A DNA stretch of 64,000 nt from Lama glama (Eukaryota). The notes beneath the pieces are model-generated. The model was not told the DNA's origin, did not search any database, and saw only the letters and a list, made by a program, of their open reading frames with translations. Below, piece after piece: positions 12,785 to 25,220 of this stretch. Positions within the stretch are counted from its first letter, which is position 1. Every line of letters begins with the position of its first letter. The position numbers and the translations under genes are program-made. The stretch is from the NCBI GenBank assembly GCA_028534125.1, contig CM052818.1, forward strand, positions 21,330,001-21,394,000, in the 5' to 3' direction.

Positions 12785-13499
12785 AGAATTTCAGAGAGGA
12801 AGGAGGTTTCTACTCCAATATGCTTAGGAGACCCAGCACCTGAATGTGCAATGTATGTGGAAGATAAAAATTCATTTCACCCATGATTTTATCCTACATG
12901 CTACCTAAATCAACACAAGTAGAGAGGTGGGATGTCTTAGAAATGTCTGTCTTCCTAACTTCTTGATGGAGGAAGGAAAAAGTTAAGAGACAGACATTAG
13001 GGGGAAAAAATGGGGGGCGTTTTGTATTCAGAAAATTTTTAATGTTTATCAGCTTCATCAGAAGATTTTCTCTACTGTAACATCAGACAAATTTAGGTTA
13101 TGCAATTTATTCTAACTACCTGCTGTTCTCACATGGTCCCTACCCATCACCTGGGCAGCATGATGAGGCGCTGGGAGGGCTTCCCCTGAAGGCAGGGGGA
13201 CGGGCGACTTCAGGGCCGCTGCCATGGTGGGCTTTTTCTCCTTTTAGAAGAATAGGGGGGCTCTGAGACCCTCATATACCCCAAAGGCTTTCTTTAGTTG
13301 GGGTGGACCCTCTATCTGGGCTGCTTCTGCTGTGTTAGGTTTTGTCTCCTGATGATCTTTCTGGAAGGTGGCATCGCCCCTCCTTTGCTGCACTTGACAA
13401 TGAGAAACAGCTGAGCTAGAACCTGACCGTAATGGAAACGTCCTTGGCCCACCTGCAGCCGCCCACCCAGTTCTTCCCACCTTGCCCTTTGAAAAATTT

Positions 13500-14030
13500 G
13501 CTCAAGTATATACTCATTATACAACATTTAGGAAGTCCAATTAAGCAAAAAGAACCACCTGAAGCCCCTCTTGCTGGATGACCACTGTCAACATATTGCT
13601 ATATATCCTTTTAGACTGTTTTCATGCATATATGTGATGTTTATTTAAAGGGCTCATAGTGTGTACCACTCTTTTGTAATCTGCCACTTAAAATCTAACA
13701 CTACGCTGTGAATATATGCCCCTGGTGATATACATGGGCCCACAGCAGCATTCGGAACCCTCATTTATTAACCTACCCCATCAGTGAACGATTAAGGCTT
13801 CTCCAGGGTTCTGGATGCTGTTATAAAAAACAGTGCAAAAAGCAAATCCTTATACTTTCACGTTTGAACACTAATTGGTTATTTCCTGTTGATACATTCC
13901 TAGACGTGCAATTGCCCAGATAAAGCACATACTTGTTGAAGGCTTTATCGGGTGTGCCGCCAAGGTTACTGATCCATACTGCTACAGCCGTGTATGAGAA
14001 GGCCCGTTTCCCCACATTCATGGCAACGTG
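13500..14030 (-). mobile_element. Old L1 (L1ME-like) 3' fragment
   Basis: accactgtcaacatattgctatatatcctttta...gatacattcctagacgtgcaattg...gtgtatgagaaggcccgtttccccacattc. Confidence 0.65.
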
Positions 14031-16362
14031 CAGCATCACCTCTGCTCCCACAGAACAGCAGGACCACATGTGCGGGAGGAGGCGGCTGTGGACAGGGTAA
14101 TCGGCTCCACCCGTAGCAAGTCATGGCTCTCCCCTGGACCCGAGTCTCCTTTGTAAAAGCATCTGATGGGCAGAAGAACAAGTGTGTCCTCCAGCAACAT
14201 GGGCCCAGGACTGCGGGCCTCCCCAGACGTGGCTTGGCTCCACTCCCGGGGTTTGGGCTCCCAAAAATGACCGAGGCTCAGGCCATTGTTCCTGCCTCCC
14301 ATCCGGGTTGGACCCTAACTCCCTCCTCTGGCCGAAGTTCCACTACCCTCTGGGGTAAGTCAGAGCTGGCCAGACTGCAGCAGGACTGGAAAGGAATTAT
14401 TAACGCACAAATCTTTGCAGCTTCCCCAGAGAGCTGCGCTTTCACAAACACCCTTGTGGCTCCTTCCTTGGTTCCCGGCAGGTTTATTGGAAGTTTGGAG
14501 CTTCCTTGTCAGTAAGTTAAAAAAAAAAAATCTGTTAAATCACCCAGCAAGACACAGAGCTAATCAGAGACCACGGCACCTGGAGAAAGAGGAACAAGGT
14601 AGAAAAGCAAATGGCCCCTACTGTTTCCTTGATCTGTTTTTCCCTTGAGGCTGCTTTCTTATCTGGCGCCCCCAAACAGGGTCTCTCTCCAGCTTGTGAG
14701 GAGGATGGCTTCCCCGCCAATCTGCATATTGTGGTCCACACAGACTTCAGTCTCCACGGGAAGGTGGTTGATCTACGAAGATCGTCAATCAGCTTCATTC
14801 CAGCCTTCTACAGTCTCCATCCACTCCTATTTGGTCCCTAATTCATTAATCCCTCACCTCCCCACACTCGCCTGACACAATCACTCCTACACATCCTACC
14901 TGATCGCGCTGCTTTATGTACCACTAACCACTCGTTCGACAACAGGTGCCCCTGGACCTTGTACCAGGAGATGTGGAAGGCTGATACGGGTCCTTCTCTC
15001 TACCTGGGGGTCATGCCTGATTCTGGGGGATGCAAGGATGAAGCAGCAGAAAGAGAAAGGACAATGAGGGAGAGGTTCACAGTCTCGCTGGGGTAAGGAA
15101 GCATCTCGACTTCTGGAACTCACGTCATTGCAGAGAAGTTTTCAAGCTTTCCCGGCTGCGTTTTCGGAAAATGCTGGAGCCTTAGCAGCATCTCCGGAGT
15201 CTCCGCTCCTCTGGAGGCTGATGCAGTGGAAGGTCTGCCGAGGGAGCTGCCTCATCTACACACACTTCACTTAGGATGGGATGACCAAGAGCTTTGCCAG
15301 AGCACTGGGCTGGCACTTAGCACACCGTAAACAAGATTTGTTGAACTCCCAAGCCAGAAAGGACTTAAAGATTATTCTTGTCTAACAGTATTATTTCTTT
15401 TTCTTTTCATTTCTTTTTCTCATCTTTCTGCCTTCCTCCCTTCCTTCCTTCTTTCTCTTTCTCTCCTCTCTTTCTAGTTCCACAGCTATCCAAGGAAGCG
15501 AGCAGTGCAGTGAAAAGAATGCTGGCCTTAAATGTAGAACCAAGGAGCCTGGTACCGGCCACAGGACTGTGCTAACTGGGTCAGAGAAGAAGGTGAGAAA
15601 GCCCCAGGCAGGCCCCTGAGGGCACGTGGCTTCCAGAACCCAGGGGTGAGGGGCCCAACCTGATGCTGGATCCTGAGAGTCCTCACGGCCCTGATTTTCA
15701 TGGCAGGGAGGCACCTGGGGAGCTGCTAGGAGGTCCCAATGAAGCTCTGCCCATCCACAATAGGCCAGAGTTCACACCCTGGAGAATGCAGGGGCCCCAG
15801 ATGCAGGAGATCTGCCTTTGACCCCCGCCCTCTTGCTCCCAGCTAAGATTTCTTTCCCAGCGCCTTCATCCAACAGGTCAGTTTCCTTTTTCTGTCTCAT
15901 GTTAACTACCACTCAGCCCCGCCCTTCTCTCAGGCTGCAAGGTGCCAGGAAGATCGAATTAGCCCCTTAATCCCACCTCCTCCATGAAGACTTTCCTGAT
16001 TGCTTCAGCCCACTCAGCACATCATCGCCAGCGCTGTTGGGCTCTTTAACCATGTTGCACGCGTCTCTCTCGGCCCCACCCTGGAAGGGGCCCTGGCCTC
16101 TCCTTAACTTGCAGGCTGAGCCCCAGGTCCTCTGAGCCTGGGGCAGGCAATGCAGTGCTGATCTCCAGGCCCATTGTTTGGCTTTTTCTTCTTTGTGTCT
16201 CTATAGCATTTATCACAGTGCCTGGCACATTGGAAGGGTTTTTAATCTGGGAAGGTGCTAAAATACAGACCAGGGTTAGGTAAAGAGTAAATAGGAGAGA
16301 AGCCACAAAGTTACAAGGAGCTTCTGGAACCTTTGAAGGGTTATTTCCATTGTTCACTAGAA

Positions 16363-16851
16363 CAATAGTTCTCAAAGTGTGGTTCGGAGATCCCTAGGTC
16401 AAAATTATTTTCAAAATCATGCTAAGATACGATTTGCCTTTTTCACTCTTATTCTCTCAGGAGTGCACACTGGCATCTTCCAGAAGCTACATAATGTGCA
16501 ATATCACAAAAGACTGAATGCAGAAGCAGAGGCAAGAATCCAGCTGTCTTCTATTAAGCCAGACACTAAAGGGATTTGCAAAAATGCAAAACAATGCCAC
16601 TCTTCTCGTTGATTCATTTTGCCTTGGAAAACATTGCCCTTTCTCATAAAAATATGCTGTGTGTGCTAACACATAATGGGCTTTTTAGGGTGATTTTATA
16701 CATAAATGAATCTTTGAAACATTTCTCAGTTTTAATTTCTAATACCATAAATATCAACAGCTACAACCCACAGAAATAAAAGTTCTTTGGAGTCCTCAGT
16801 CATGTTAGGAGTGAAAAGGGGTCCAGATACGAGAAAGCTGGAGAATCTTTA
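16363..16851 (+). mobile_element. hAT-Charlie non-autonomous DNA transposon (Charlie1b-like), apparently complete
   Basis: Starts caatagttctcaaagtgtgg; internal gaatccagctgtcttctattaagccagacactaaagggatttgcaaaaatg; ends ...gagaatcttta. 8-bp TSD cactagaa (16355-16362) / cactggaa (16852-16859). Confidence 0.85.
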
Positions 16852-17595
16852 CACTGGAAGATGAGTAACATTTGCTTGTCTGGTAGTCAGGGCCCCTTCC
16901 TACCCACCAAATTTCCAGCTCTCTTTTGTTCCTGGAGCCTGTAACTGTGAATTTGGGGATTTCTCTTAGCTCTGGATAATCCGTACAGCGTGGCTCCCAG
17001 GGGCCCTCGGTGCCGGCATGCTAATGAGGGCAACCCAGCTGTGGGAGGCAGGGAGCTTAGTGAGGGTCCCTAGGCACTCCCAATGAGTCTCTCTGATCAC
17101 CTCAGAGATGACTTGTCCCACAGAACTTGACCAAGGCAACCACCAGCCAGCTCAGCTCACAGAACCTCTCCTCAAAGCAAGAGCTGAGAGAACATTTCTC
17201 AAGGCCCATCCTTCAGGGTGAGCTGAATTCCAATCTTCGATCTCCCCTGGAGACGGCAGAGAGGGTTGGGGTAGACAGGAAGAAGGGGATGCCCTCCCCA
17301 GAAGGCAGCTGCAGGGCTTGGGGTCCTGGGGCTGTCACTATGAAACCGACACTCAGTGATACACACCTCAGAACCCTTCAAACCGTCTGACCCAGGAAAC
17401 TGTCTAGAGGCCCAGACTGAAGTAGAATATGTGTGAGCTTGCATTACCCTGAGAAGGTGGGACAGTTCACTGCTCAGTACAGACCCCTTAAAGCATTTCG
17501 AGCAGTGGAGGATCAAGTCACAAAGGAACTGAGGACATCCTGTCTGGAGGATAGAAGGCGGGGGGAGAATTTACAGGTAGAAATGCCACCATCAC

Positions 17596-17877
17596 GTAGA
17601 AAACAAACTGTGGTTACCAGAGGGGAAAGAGCGGGGAAGGATAAATTAGGGGCTGGGGATTAAGAGACACACGTTACTATATATAAAATAGATGAACAAC
17701 AAGGACCTACTGTATAGCTCAGGGAACTATATTCAATTTCTTGTAATAACATATAATGGGAAAGAATCTAAAAAGAAAAAATATATATGTGTATGTAAAT
17801 ATATAACTGAATCACTTTGCTGTACACCTGAATCTAATTGTAAATCAACTACACTTCAATAAAAAAAATTTAAAAAA
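17596..17877 (+). mobile_element. 5'-truncated artiodactyl-type L1 3' end
   Basis: aacaaggacctactgtatagctcagggaactatattcaa...gaatcactttgctgtacacctgaa and an A-rich tail. 17-bp TSD agaaatgccacYatcac (17579-17595 / 17878-17894). Confidence 0.92.
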
Positions 17878-17909
17878 AGAAATGCCACTATCACCCACCC
17901 AAATCACAA

Positions 17910-18090
17910 TAGGAACTAACATTTATAGTTGGCACAAGCGCACGAAGGCATTTTCCCACAACAACCCAGTGCCACCAGTGCATCATTAACATTATTTCTA
18001 CTTTGCAGATGAGGACGTAGCAAGTTGAAGGAATGTGCCACTTACCAAGTGGCGGGCCTGGATTCTGGCTCCAGGACCTTTGCTCTGAAG
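17910..18090 (-). mobile_element. MIR SINE fragment
   Basis: cattatttctactttgcagatgaggacgtag...ccaagtggcgggcctggattctggctccagg. Confidence 0.6.
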
Positions 18091-19691
18091 TGTGGCTGTC
18101 AGAGAGCAAGTGTTCTGGAGAGGCCTGAACATGCAATTGGTTCTCTTTGCTAATTATTGCCCTAAGGGAGGAAAAGAGAGAGACTTCCAAGAGCCACATT
18201 AACTGACTGTAAAATGTCAGCCTCAGACTCCGTGGGCTTACGATGGAGCTCGCTCGGCTCCCAAGCAGTGCATCCAGGGGACAGAGCAGGAAGTGTGGGC
18301 AGTATGGGCAAACATTCTTGAATTCTTTTTTGGCAGGGGGTGGTGGGGGCTGGAGATTTGGTTACACCTGCCTCAAACGTTTTGTAGGCTACACTCCTGG
18401 GCACACCCCCTGGAGCTGACCCTGGTGCCTGTATCACTGTGCTTGTGGGCTGGAGCCGATTCCAAATGCTTTCTGAGGAAAACCCTGGCAGAACAGCGAG
18501 TCCCCCTGGGTGCACCCGCAGAGGAGGAGGGATGGCCGTCTAGAGAGCCCAGTGCCCGGGCTCCTCTGCTGCCAGCCTGGTCGCTGTTACCTCACAAGGG
18601 GAAGAAGACACTGGGGACCTTCCTGGGCGCCTGTGGGCAGCACAGTCCCTACCTCCCCTCCTCCCTGCATTTGTCGCATCCTTGGCCAAGGGCAGGAGTA
18701 CTGGCATTTCTTTGCTTTAAGGACATATGGCCCTTTGACTCATCCCTGGGCCAGGCCAGGTGGGCAGAGAGCTGGGGCCTGCCTTACAGCAGTGGGGCTC
18801 CTGAAGGAACTGCTTTATGAACGGGGCCTGGGGATGCCATTTTTAAAAGTCACTGGCTGGCGGCAAGGCTGTCACCAGGAGACTGTTCATGATCTCCCAC
18901 CGCAGCAGAACTCAGTGGCCCCTACCTGAGTCACTCGTACAGTTTGGGTAAAGAGCTACATGTATGCAGATTTGTAACAGAAGCTCTGCCCCCACAATCA
19001 CACACGCACACTCCCAGAATCCCGACCCCCTGCTGTAACCCACTGGAACCAACATGACTTCTGGGGTTCTCAGTACCAGGTTCCGGGCTCCTCCAAAGCC
19101 TAGATTTGTTTTCACCTGGAAACACTCATGACACTGTGAACGGCAGAATTGACCTGGCTCCTTTTTTTATATTGCCTTGTAGGGAGCTTAGAGATAAATC
19201 AGTGGCCCCCTAGAGCAAGTAAGTACAACACTAAGACAGTCTTCCAAATCTTTTCTTTCTACCTTTCTCTTTTTCTTAAACTTCCAAAACTTTTAATATT
19301 CTGAAAAGCACATAAAATAATGCTATGCCTGGTACTTGCCATACAAAATTGACAACTGTTAATATTTTGTTATATTTGCTTTGAGTCAATAAAACATTAC
19401 ACATAAAGTAGAAATGCCCATCGTCCTCTGGGCTGTTTCCTGCCTCCCCGCCAATCCTAGCAGTAACCACTGTCTTAAAATTAGTTCAGATCTATTTTTT
19501 TAAATTTTGATAATATTCTGCAACGTGCTTTCTCTTTATTTAACAGTGTGTTTGGGGCATCCTTTCTCACTTTTTGTGTGTCTTCTGTTGTATTTTATGG
19601 TCCTTTATTAGCCATCATATATTTTTAGAGAACTAGGCAGAGTTCAAATAAGGAAGGAGTTAATAAAATAATGATCTAAATAATGATTAAT

Positions 19692-19721
19692 AAAATAATA
19701 ATAATAATAATAATAATAATA
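19692..19721. repeat. (AAT)n microsatellite
   Basis: aaaataataataataataataataataata. Confidence 0.9.
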
Positions 19722-20119
19722 GTTATTACCTTAAGAGCTGCTCCTCTGCTATCCATCTTCATGAAAGCCTGAAACAAAGGAAAACAAGTCAACGTTGCAG
19801 CAGGAGAGACCTGAGCCAGACATCAGGAATCCTCCCCTACGGCATAACAGGTCTTCTAGGGAAGACGTTTTCTCTGAGATGACTTTGCTTCTATTCTCCC
19901 TGGGGGCAAAGAAATGAATGAAATGAAGTGACCCGTAGAATTTTCAATCAACTAGCAGATCCTGGCGGGGAGCTAGTGGGCCAGCTGTGGGGCTCGATGC
20001 CAGGGAAGGTAACAGGTCTAGAAAGGCTCCCTGCCTTCCAGGGCTCTAGCATCTTGTTGGGGAGGCAACACAGGCCACGTGCAAGGTGCTGCAGAAGAAC
20101 GCAGGGCAGTGGGCTGAAG

Positions 20120-20312
20120 AGGTTATGAGTAAGTGTCTGGGTTTAAATTCCCATCCTGAGCTTGCAGGCTCTATGAATTTACTTCTTTTTGTCTCTATTT
20201 CCTCATCTGTAAAATGGGAATAATAGGGTCATGTGAGAATGAAGTATGCTAATATATCTTAAGCTATGACTACAGTACCTGACACTCAGCAAGCACTACG
20301 TATCTATTAAGT
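20120..20312 (+). mobile_element. MIR SINE
   Basis: ctgggtttaaattccc...tttcctcatctgtaaaatgggaataatagggtcatgtgagaatgaa...acagtacctgacac. Confidence 0.85.
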
Positions 20313-20670
20313 GTCGTTTGAATGATAGACGGATCATAAGCTAGAGTGGTCTGTCCAGAGATGGCTTTGAGCTGGAGTGATCAGAAATGGCTTCACAGAG
20401 GAAGTAGCAGAGAGGGCGTGATCAGAGGCTTGAGTAATTCAGTTCCCTTAACCCAGGAGACCTTCATCCAAACCCGTCCAAGAAGGTATATGGGGCAGAG
20501 CAAGGAAAGCAGTCAGGCAAGGCTGTGGGGCACATCTAAGGAATGGTGAACACTATGATGAGTGCGGACAGGGGAAGGGCTTGATGTCAGGACCAAAAGT
20601 TTGAGACTTATCCTGTAAGAAGTGGGGAGCCACTGAAGGTTCCATGCAGCAGCGACACATTCCAAGGAAA

Positions 20671-21042
20671 TGTATCAATGAGGATAGGCTTTATTACAAC
20701 ACACCCCACCCCCCATTTCTCAGTAGGCTCAAAAGATAAAGTTTATTTCTTGCTCACAATGTAAGTTCTCTGCCATTTAGCTGAGTCTTGGCCTCATGGT
20801 GGCTTCACTGTGGGACCCAGAATGAAATCACAGCCTCTATCTAGAACATTCTGGGTTTGTTGTAGCAAAGGGAGAAAAGCACAGAGCAAAGAGTGTGCTG
20901 GCTGTTTAAACTTCTGCTAAGTGACACATGTTTCACCTGCCAGAGCAAGTCACACAGCCAAGCCGACTGCCAACAGGGCAGGGATGTAGGTCTTCCTAGA
21001 AAGGGCAGCACATATTTGCCAACAGTCATGTAACCCACCCCC
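20671..21042 (-). mobile_element. MaLR solo LTR (old MLT1, MLT1I/J/K-like)
   Basis: tgtatcaatgaggatagg...aaagtttatttcttgctcac...ctctatctagaacatt...aagtgacacatg...gccagagcaagtcacacagccaagcc. Confidence 0.75.
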
Positions 21043-21954
21043 AGGGAGTTTTAAGACCCTTCCTGATGTCATCACATGGGTTTCTGCTGTGATGTTCCCT
21101 CCAATGCAGTCACACTGGCATCAGTATCATGCATTATTACGAATTTTTCTTTAGACCATGAGGCTTTAGAATTTGCCTTGGAATCCAGGTGGATCTCACC
21201 CCCACTTCAGGATGCCCCATTAGCTGATTAAAAGGACAGGGTTCCCCCAAGAAGCATTTTTTTCCCCCAAGCCTGAGAAATGAATATAATGTTTCTGCTT
21301 TTGAGTTCCTCAGGCATCTTGGTAGAGGTAAGCCTGTGTGTTCTCCAGTTTGCCTGGTCTTATAATTTTGTAGCCTGCTGAGATTTCTGGCCTATTGATT
21401 AATGGGTCTCTCTCTCTCTCCACCACCAGCGACCTTAATCTTTTCTTAATTGCTTTAATGGCTGTTCAGCTTCCCTCTTGTGCCTTCCCCCACAATGTTG
21501 TTGTCGCAAAGCTTTTGTGTCTTAACTTCATTCCCCATCGGAGGACTTTGCAGGCGAATGAAAGGTGAATTCTCTCTTTGTTTACCCTCTTTTCCTTGTT
21601 TTTTGCATTTGCTTTATTTCTTCTTTTAGCTGTTTTCACATTTCTTAGCCTGTGTGGGGCATTGTTTGAGGTAATTGGGCACAAACGGAAAAATAAACAA
21701 AAATATGAGGGAGGCGAATGCCAAGGGACCCCAGCACCCACCCCGTTGGCACCTGGGCTGGGCACTGCGCCTCCCTCTCTCTTCCCTGTCTCCCAAGGAC
21801 AGGGACCGGGCAAGCCACTGCCCCCCACGCCAAGAGTGTCTGAGGTCTCCCTAAAGCCAGACCAGGGGGGAGGGGCAGGACCTGCTTCTGCCTGACCTAG
21901 CTTGGGGCTCTCTTCCTCTTTAGGAGCAGAATTCCAGGAGCTTCTTCAAATATG

Positions 21955-22260
21955 CATCGTTCGTTTATTCATTCGTTGACTTATTCACAAATACTTAATA
22001 AATGCTTCCTGTGTGCCTGGCATCGTGCTCGGTATCACAGGAAAGTACAGAAGAGGCACAGACCCTGAGCTCAGATCACACACAGATCAAAGGAGCGGAC
22101 GTGAAAGAGTAACAAAGCAGCGCCTCAGGAGCCCGGAAGACTCTGGATAGGAAATATTGGAGGATGGAGGAGCTGCACAGGGAGAGGCATGGTGGGCTGG
22201 GAATTTGGGCAGCCTTCCTGGAAGAGGTGGGCTTGAGAATGGACCTTACGAATGGCTACG
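21955..22260 (-). mobile_element. L2 3' end
   Basis: attcattcgttgacttattcacaaatacttaataaatgcttcctgtgtgcctggcatcgtgct...ccttcctggaagaggtgggcttgag. Confidence 0.75.
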
Positions 22261-22948
22261 ACAGACAAAGTAGGCAAAAGACAAGGCTTTTCTGGAGGTG
22301 GGAGGAGTGTGGGAGCTGGGGAGAGTGAGGGCATGGGGGCGGGAACCCTGATCCCTTGTGCCCTGGGCCTCGCGGCTGTGGCCTGGTGAGCTGGGTGTTG
22401 TGCGGAGGGTACATCACACTCCAGGTCAGCCTGCACCTGCAGAAGACTCCTTCCCTGTCCAGTTCCTCACTTCCCCATTCAGAGAGGGGAAGGGTGATAG
22501 GAATGGTTAGTAGGTGCCGTTCTGATGGGGAGGGTAGGAGGCGGAGAATATTCTTTCTCAACAAGAATTCGGAAGACAACATTTCTGGAAACTTCTTTGG
22601 TGGCCCCACAGTCTGAGGGATTCATATGGAGCCCATGCCCTCCACATGACCCCAGGCCACTGTCTTTGTACCGGCCCGTTAGGATGTCAAGGCTACATTT
22701 AGGCATCTTGTCATGTTCTGTTTGCCAGGCATCCTGAACTGCTTCCTGGTGGACCCCACGGATGTCAGTGAACCCCCGGGGGCAGGCTGGGCTCCTCTTC
22801 TGCATAGGAACGGACAGGACCCAGGAACTGGACAGAGCGGCTGAGCCAAGGTGCCGAAGGACTTTACTCTTATTTCTAAGCTTGTAGGGGAGGCAGAAGG
22901 AGAAAGACCATTTATTGAGCATTTATATCAGTAAGTTCACGGAGATAT

Positions 22949-23180
22949 AGAGTATGTGGTTAAGAGTTTATCTCTGGGGCCAGACAGACTGAGTTCAAAT
23001 CCAGGTTCTTCAAATCTGCCTCTTCCCAGCTGGGTGAACGTGAGTGAGTTTAATCTCTCTTTTCTTTTCTCAAAATGGCTCGGTGTACTCGGAAAACATT
23101 GCAGAGAAATACTTCGTAGGCACTTCCACATAGTCTTTACACGTACATGTAACAGGTACCCAAGCATCCATCACTAGTAT
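22949..23180 (+). mobile_element. MIR SINE
   Basis: gtggttaagagtttatctctggggccagacagactgagttcaaatccagg...cagctgggtga...ctcaaaatgg. Confidence 0.8.
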
Positions 23181-23199
23181 TAAAGACACAAATATTTTA

Positions 23200-23569
23200 T
23201 TTTACTTCATGTCACCCTTTTTAAAAAGCAGAAATGAAATGTCAACAATGGCTAAAACTCTCCTCTAGTCACTCCCTTTTCTTCCCTCTCCAAAGGTAAC
23301 CAGTGTCCTAAAGTTGGTGTTTATTATTCCAGGGCATTTTAAAAACTTTTACTATTTATGTAAATATCTGTAAATAATATATGCTATAATAATACACACT
23401 GCTTAAAATTGCACCTGATGGGCACCATATTTTACGGATCCTTTTGAAAATTCCTTTTTCCCCCACTCAGCGCTATATTCTGAGATGTACCTTTGTGGAT
23501 GCCCGTGTGACTGCTGCGTGGTGTCCTGCTCTGAGGGTGAGCCACAGTTCATCTCCCTGTTTCCCTGAG
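23200..23569 (-). mobile_element. Old L1 (L1ME-like) fragment
   Basis: ccaaaggtaaccagtgtcctaaagttggtgtttattattcc...tttttcccccactcagcgctatattctgagat. Confidence 0.55.
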
Positions 23570-24501
23570 CAGGGCTCAGCAATCTTTTTCTATAAAGGGC
23601 CAAAGAGTCATACAGTCTCTTGCAATGATTTAACTCTACCACTACAGAGGGAAAGCAGCCACAGACAGTATGAGTGTGGCTGTGCTCTAATTAAAAATGT
23701 GTTATTTCATATAATTTTTTTAAATTAAGACTTTATTTTCTTAGAGTAGTTTAAGGTTCATGGCAAAATTGAGGGGGTGGTACAGAGAGTTCCCATGCAC
23801 CCCCTGCCCTCACATACACCGAGCTTCCCCTGCCATCTACATCCCCTACCAGAGTGGTACGTCGGTTGCAACTGATGAACCTACACTGACACATCATTAT
23901 CATCCAACATCCCTAGTTTACATCAGGGTTCACTCTTGGTGTTGCACATTCTGTGGGTTTGGACAAATGTATAATGGCATGTATCCACCGCTATAGTATC
24001 ACACAGACTATTTTCACTGCCCTCAAAATCCTCCTAGCTCTGCCTCTGTGCTCACCCATTCCCCACCCCGGAAACCCCTAATCTTTTTACTTTTCCAGAA
24101 TGTCGTATAGTTGGAATCAGGCAGTAGGTAGCCTTTCCAGATGGGCTTCTTTCACTTGGTAATATGCACTGAAGTTTCCTCCGTGTCTTTTCATGGCTTG
24201 GAAGCTCACTTCTTTTTAGGGCTGTATTATAGTCCCTTGCCAGGATGTACCAGTTTATTTATCCATTCATCTGCTGAAGGATAGATGTCTTGGATGCTCC
24301 AAGTTTTGGCAATTAGGAATAAAGCTGCTATAAATATGTGCGTGCAGGTGTTTGTGCGGACATAAGTTTTCAATCATACAGTTTTCATGTGTCACAAAAT
24401 ATTATTCTTCTTTTGATTTTTTTCCCAACCATTTAAAAAGGTAAAAATAATCCTTAGCTTGAACACTGTGCAAAAGCAGGTATCAGGCCAGATTTGACCT
24501 G
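23570..24501 (-). mobile_element. MER58B-like hAT transposon, split by an L1MC insertion (halves 23570-23718 and 24374-24501)
   Basis: Left half cagggctcagcaatctttttctataaagggcca...gcagccacagaca...gtggctgtg; right half gtgtcacaaaatattattcttcttttgatttt...caaccatttaaaaa...caggccagatttgacc. Confidence 0.8.
23719..24373 (-). mobile_element. L1MC1/2-like 3' end
   Basis: agagtagtttaaggttcatggcaaaattgag...gatgaacctacactgacacatcattatcatcc...ggaataaagctgctataaat...ggacataagttttcaa. Confidence 0.85.
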
Positions 24502-24714
24502 ATTTAATTTCCCGCCTGTTTCTCCTGTGGAAAGTTTCCCTTGCTCACAAATGTCTTTGTGTGAGAAGACTCTTCTTCGCTGGAAGAGGAGCCAGGGTGT
24601 GCCCTGGGGTTCAAATGGAGATGGAAACAGACAGTACATGTCCACGTAAACACCTGAATTTGAGGGGAGTGCTGATAACTCAACAGCCGTTTGCCGGATT
24701 GATGAAGTCAGACG

Positions 24715-24900
24715 CTGTTCTGGGTCCTTTCCGTGCGTTACCGCATTTAACCCTCGCGGCAGCTTCAAGAGGCCCTAATATCATCCCCATCCCACTTGAG
24801 GGACTTGACGCTCAAAGAGGTAAAGTCACTCGCCCAGGACCATGCAGCCAGTACATTTTAGAGCAGGACAGCATCGAGGTAGATCTGACTCTAAAACTTC
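24715..24900 (-). mobile_element. MIR SINE fragment
   Basis: catttaaccctcgcggcag...tcatccccatccc...gctcaaagaggtaaagtcactcgcccagg...tctgactctaaa. Confidence 0.7.
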
Positions 24901-25037
24901 TGTTCTTGAAGATAGAAAGAAAGAGAGAGAGGGGTAGAGAAGAGGGGAAGTGGGGAGGAGGAGGGGAGAAGGAGAGGGCTAGAAACCGCTGCTGACCCTC
25001 TCAGAAGCCCCATGTGGAATCCCGCCACTCACAAGTT

Positions 25038-25220
25038 GAGTTGCCAAACTCAGCGAACAACAATATAAGATGCCCAGTTAAATTTGAATTTCAGATGAAC
25101 AATGAATAATCATAATTATGTCCCGTGCCATATACGGGACATACTTATACTAAAAAATCATTTGCTGTTCATCTGAAATCCCAGTTTGACCTGCTGCCCC
25201 ATGTCTAACCCGGCACCTCT
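25038..25220. mobile_element. MER53-like palindromic DNA transposon (copy 1)
   Basis: gttgccaaa...gatgcccagttaaatttgaatttcagatgaacaatgaataat...tatgtcccgtgccatatacgggacatacttatactaaaaaa...tgttcatctgaaat. Confidence 0.88.

Noticed and set aside
21578..21895. ORF with a hydrophobic N-terminus followed by a basic cluster (MFTLFSLFFAFALFLLLAVF...HKRKNKQK), resembling a membrane microprotein
   Set aside because: It starts at TTG, and the hydrophobicity follows directly from a T-rich polypyrimidine tract. There is no promoter or homology evidence.
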